This document shows positions 62,621 through 64,000 of a stretch of 64,000 nt of DNA, piece by piece (the first letter of the stretch is position 1; each line of letters begins with the position of its first letter). The position numbers and the translations under genes are program-made. The notes under the pieces were generated by a model. That model did not search any database. It was given only the letters and a program-made list of their open reading frames with translations, and was not told the DNA's origin. This DNA is from Leucoraja ocellata (taxonomy: Eukaryota): NCBI GenBank assembly GCA_036785375.1, contig JAWMAR010000104.1, positions 6,076,001-6,140,000 on the forward strand. The letters run 5' to 3'.

Positions 62621-64000
62621 TGCAGTTCCTAGCTTCTATAGCATTTTGGTGTGTGGGGAGTTTGGGTCCATAGCTCTTCAGAACACTGTGGTTTGTCTTG
62701 GATTTCCTTGGAAGTTTGTGAATATTTGCCGGCTCTGGGCCTGTACTTGCTGGAGTTTAGGATGAGAGGGGATCTCATTGAAACATACCGAATAGTGAGA
62801 GGCCTGGATAACGTGGATGTGGAGAAGATGTTTCCACTAGTGGGAGAGTCTAGGACCAGAGGGCACAGCCTCAGAATAAAAGGACGCACCTTTAGAAAGG
62901 AGGGGAGGAGGATTTTCTTCAGTCAGAGGGTGGTGAATCTGTGGAATTCATTGCCACGGAAGGCTGTGGAGGCCATCAATGGGTATTTTTAAAACTGAGA
63001 TTGACAAGTTCTTGATTATTATGGGTGTCAAAGGTTACAGGGAGAAGGCAGGAGAATTGGGTTGAGAGGGAAAGATAGCTCAGCCATGATTAAATGGCGG
63101 AGTAGACTCAATGGACCAAATGGCCTAATTCTGCTCCTATGATTTTTGAACTTATGAGTTTCATCTTTCAGGGAATACAGATTAATTTTGTTCTGTTGGA
63201 ATGGAAGAAATGGTGCAGGTGGTAGAGCCGCTGTCTCACAACACCAGAGATCCAGGTTCGATCCTGACCTCGGTGCTGCCTGTGTGTGGAGTTTGCACAT
63301 TCTTTCTGTGACCGTGTGGGTTTCGTCTGGGTGCTCCGGATTCCTCCCACATCCCTAATACATGCGAGTGTGTAGATTCATTGGCTCTCTGTAGATTACC
63401 CCTACTGTGTAGGGAGGGGATGAGAAAATGAGATAATGTTAAACTAGCTGGAATGTGTGAGTGATGGTCGGCGTGGACTCGGTGGGCCAAAGAGCCTGTC
63501 TCCAGGCTGTATCTCGACACAAAACTAAACTAAAATAATGATGGTCAACTTCCCCACACTTCTATGGACTGGCAACTTATTCACAACTATCTGGGCATTT
63601 GGTAAATGTAACAATTGTCCCTAATGTGTGTAGTGTTAATGTGCGAGAATCGCTGGTCGGCGCGGACCCAGTGGGCCGAAGGGCCTGTTTCCACGCTGTA
63701 TCTCTAAACTAAACACAGTTTGTTCAGACAGGACCTGTGACAGGACTCCCTTGTAATGGACTGTTCGAACTACTTCCCTCCGGCAGACGTTACAAGGCCT
63801 TCTACGCCTGAACCTCCAGACTCAGAAACAGCTTCATTCCCAGAGTTATAGCGGCTCTGAACCGGCCCTGCTGAGTGCCCCCCATCCCCCCTGGACTGTC
63901 TCCCTCAGATGGTCACGTTGCAGTTTATTTATTTTTTATTTTTTTGACATCGGTTGGAAGCTGCATACTAAATCTCGTTGCACTGATGTGCAATGACAAT

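Overview
Vertebrate genomic DNA, very probably a cartilaginous fish (skate/ray-like repeat landscape: HE1/V-SINEs, CR1 LINEs, Rex1/Babar, Penelope-derived elements, Tc1, hAT MITEs). There are two spliced genes on the + strand. rps14 has 4 coding exons (1662-8675, 151 aa), and its non-coding first exon lies upstream of the window. cd74 (MHC class II invariant chain) has 10 reconstructed coding exons (26722-47977, 338 aa), including a CLIP exon, a trimerisation domain, an extra 108-nt linker exon and a thyroglobulin type-1 exon. Three copies of the H/ACA snoRNA SNORA63/E3 are present: two in rps14 introns and one beyond its poly(A) signal. The most notable unexplained structures are (1) six co-oriented MHC-II-type X1-X2(-CCAAT) modules spread over about 18 kb around the cd74 promoter, one of them segmentally duplicated into intron 1; (2) a second CLIP-like motif in the extra cd74 linker exon; (3) a strongly base-paired, ACA-terminated element in rps14 intron 3; and (4) many minimal hammerhead-ribozyme cores in Penelope-type repeats. 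Nearly all other ORFs in the supplied track are repeat fragments or spurious. All assignments were made by eye; no database searches were run.
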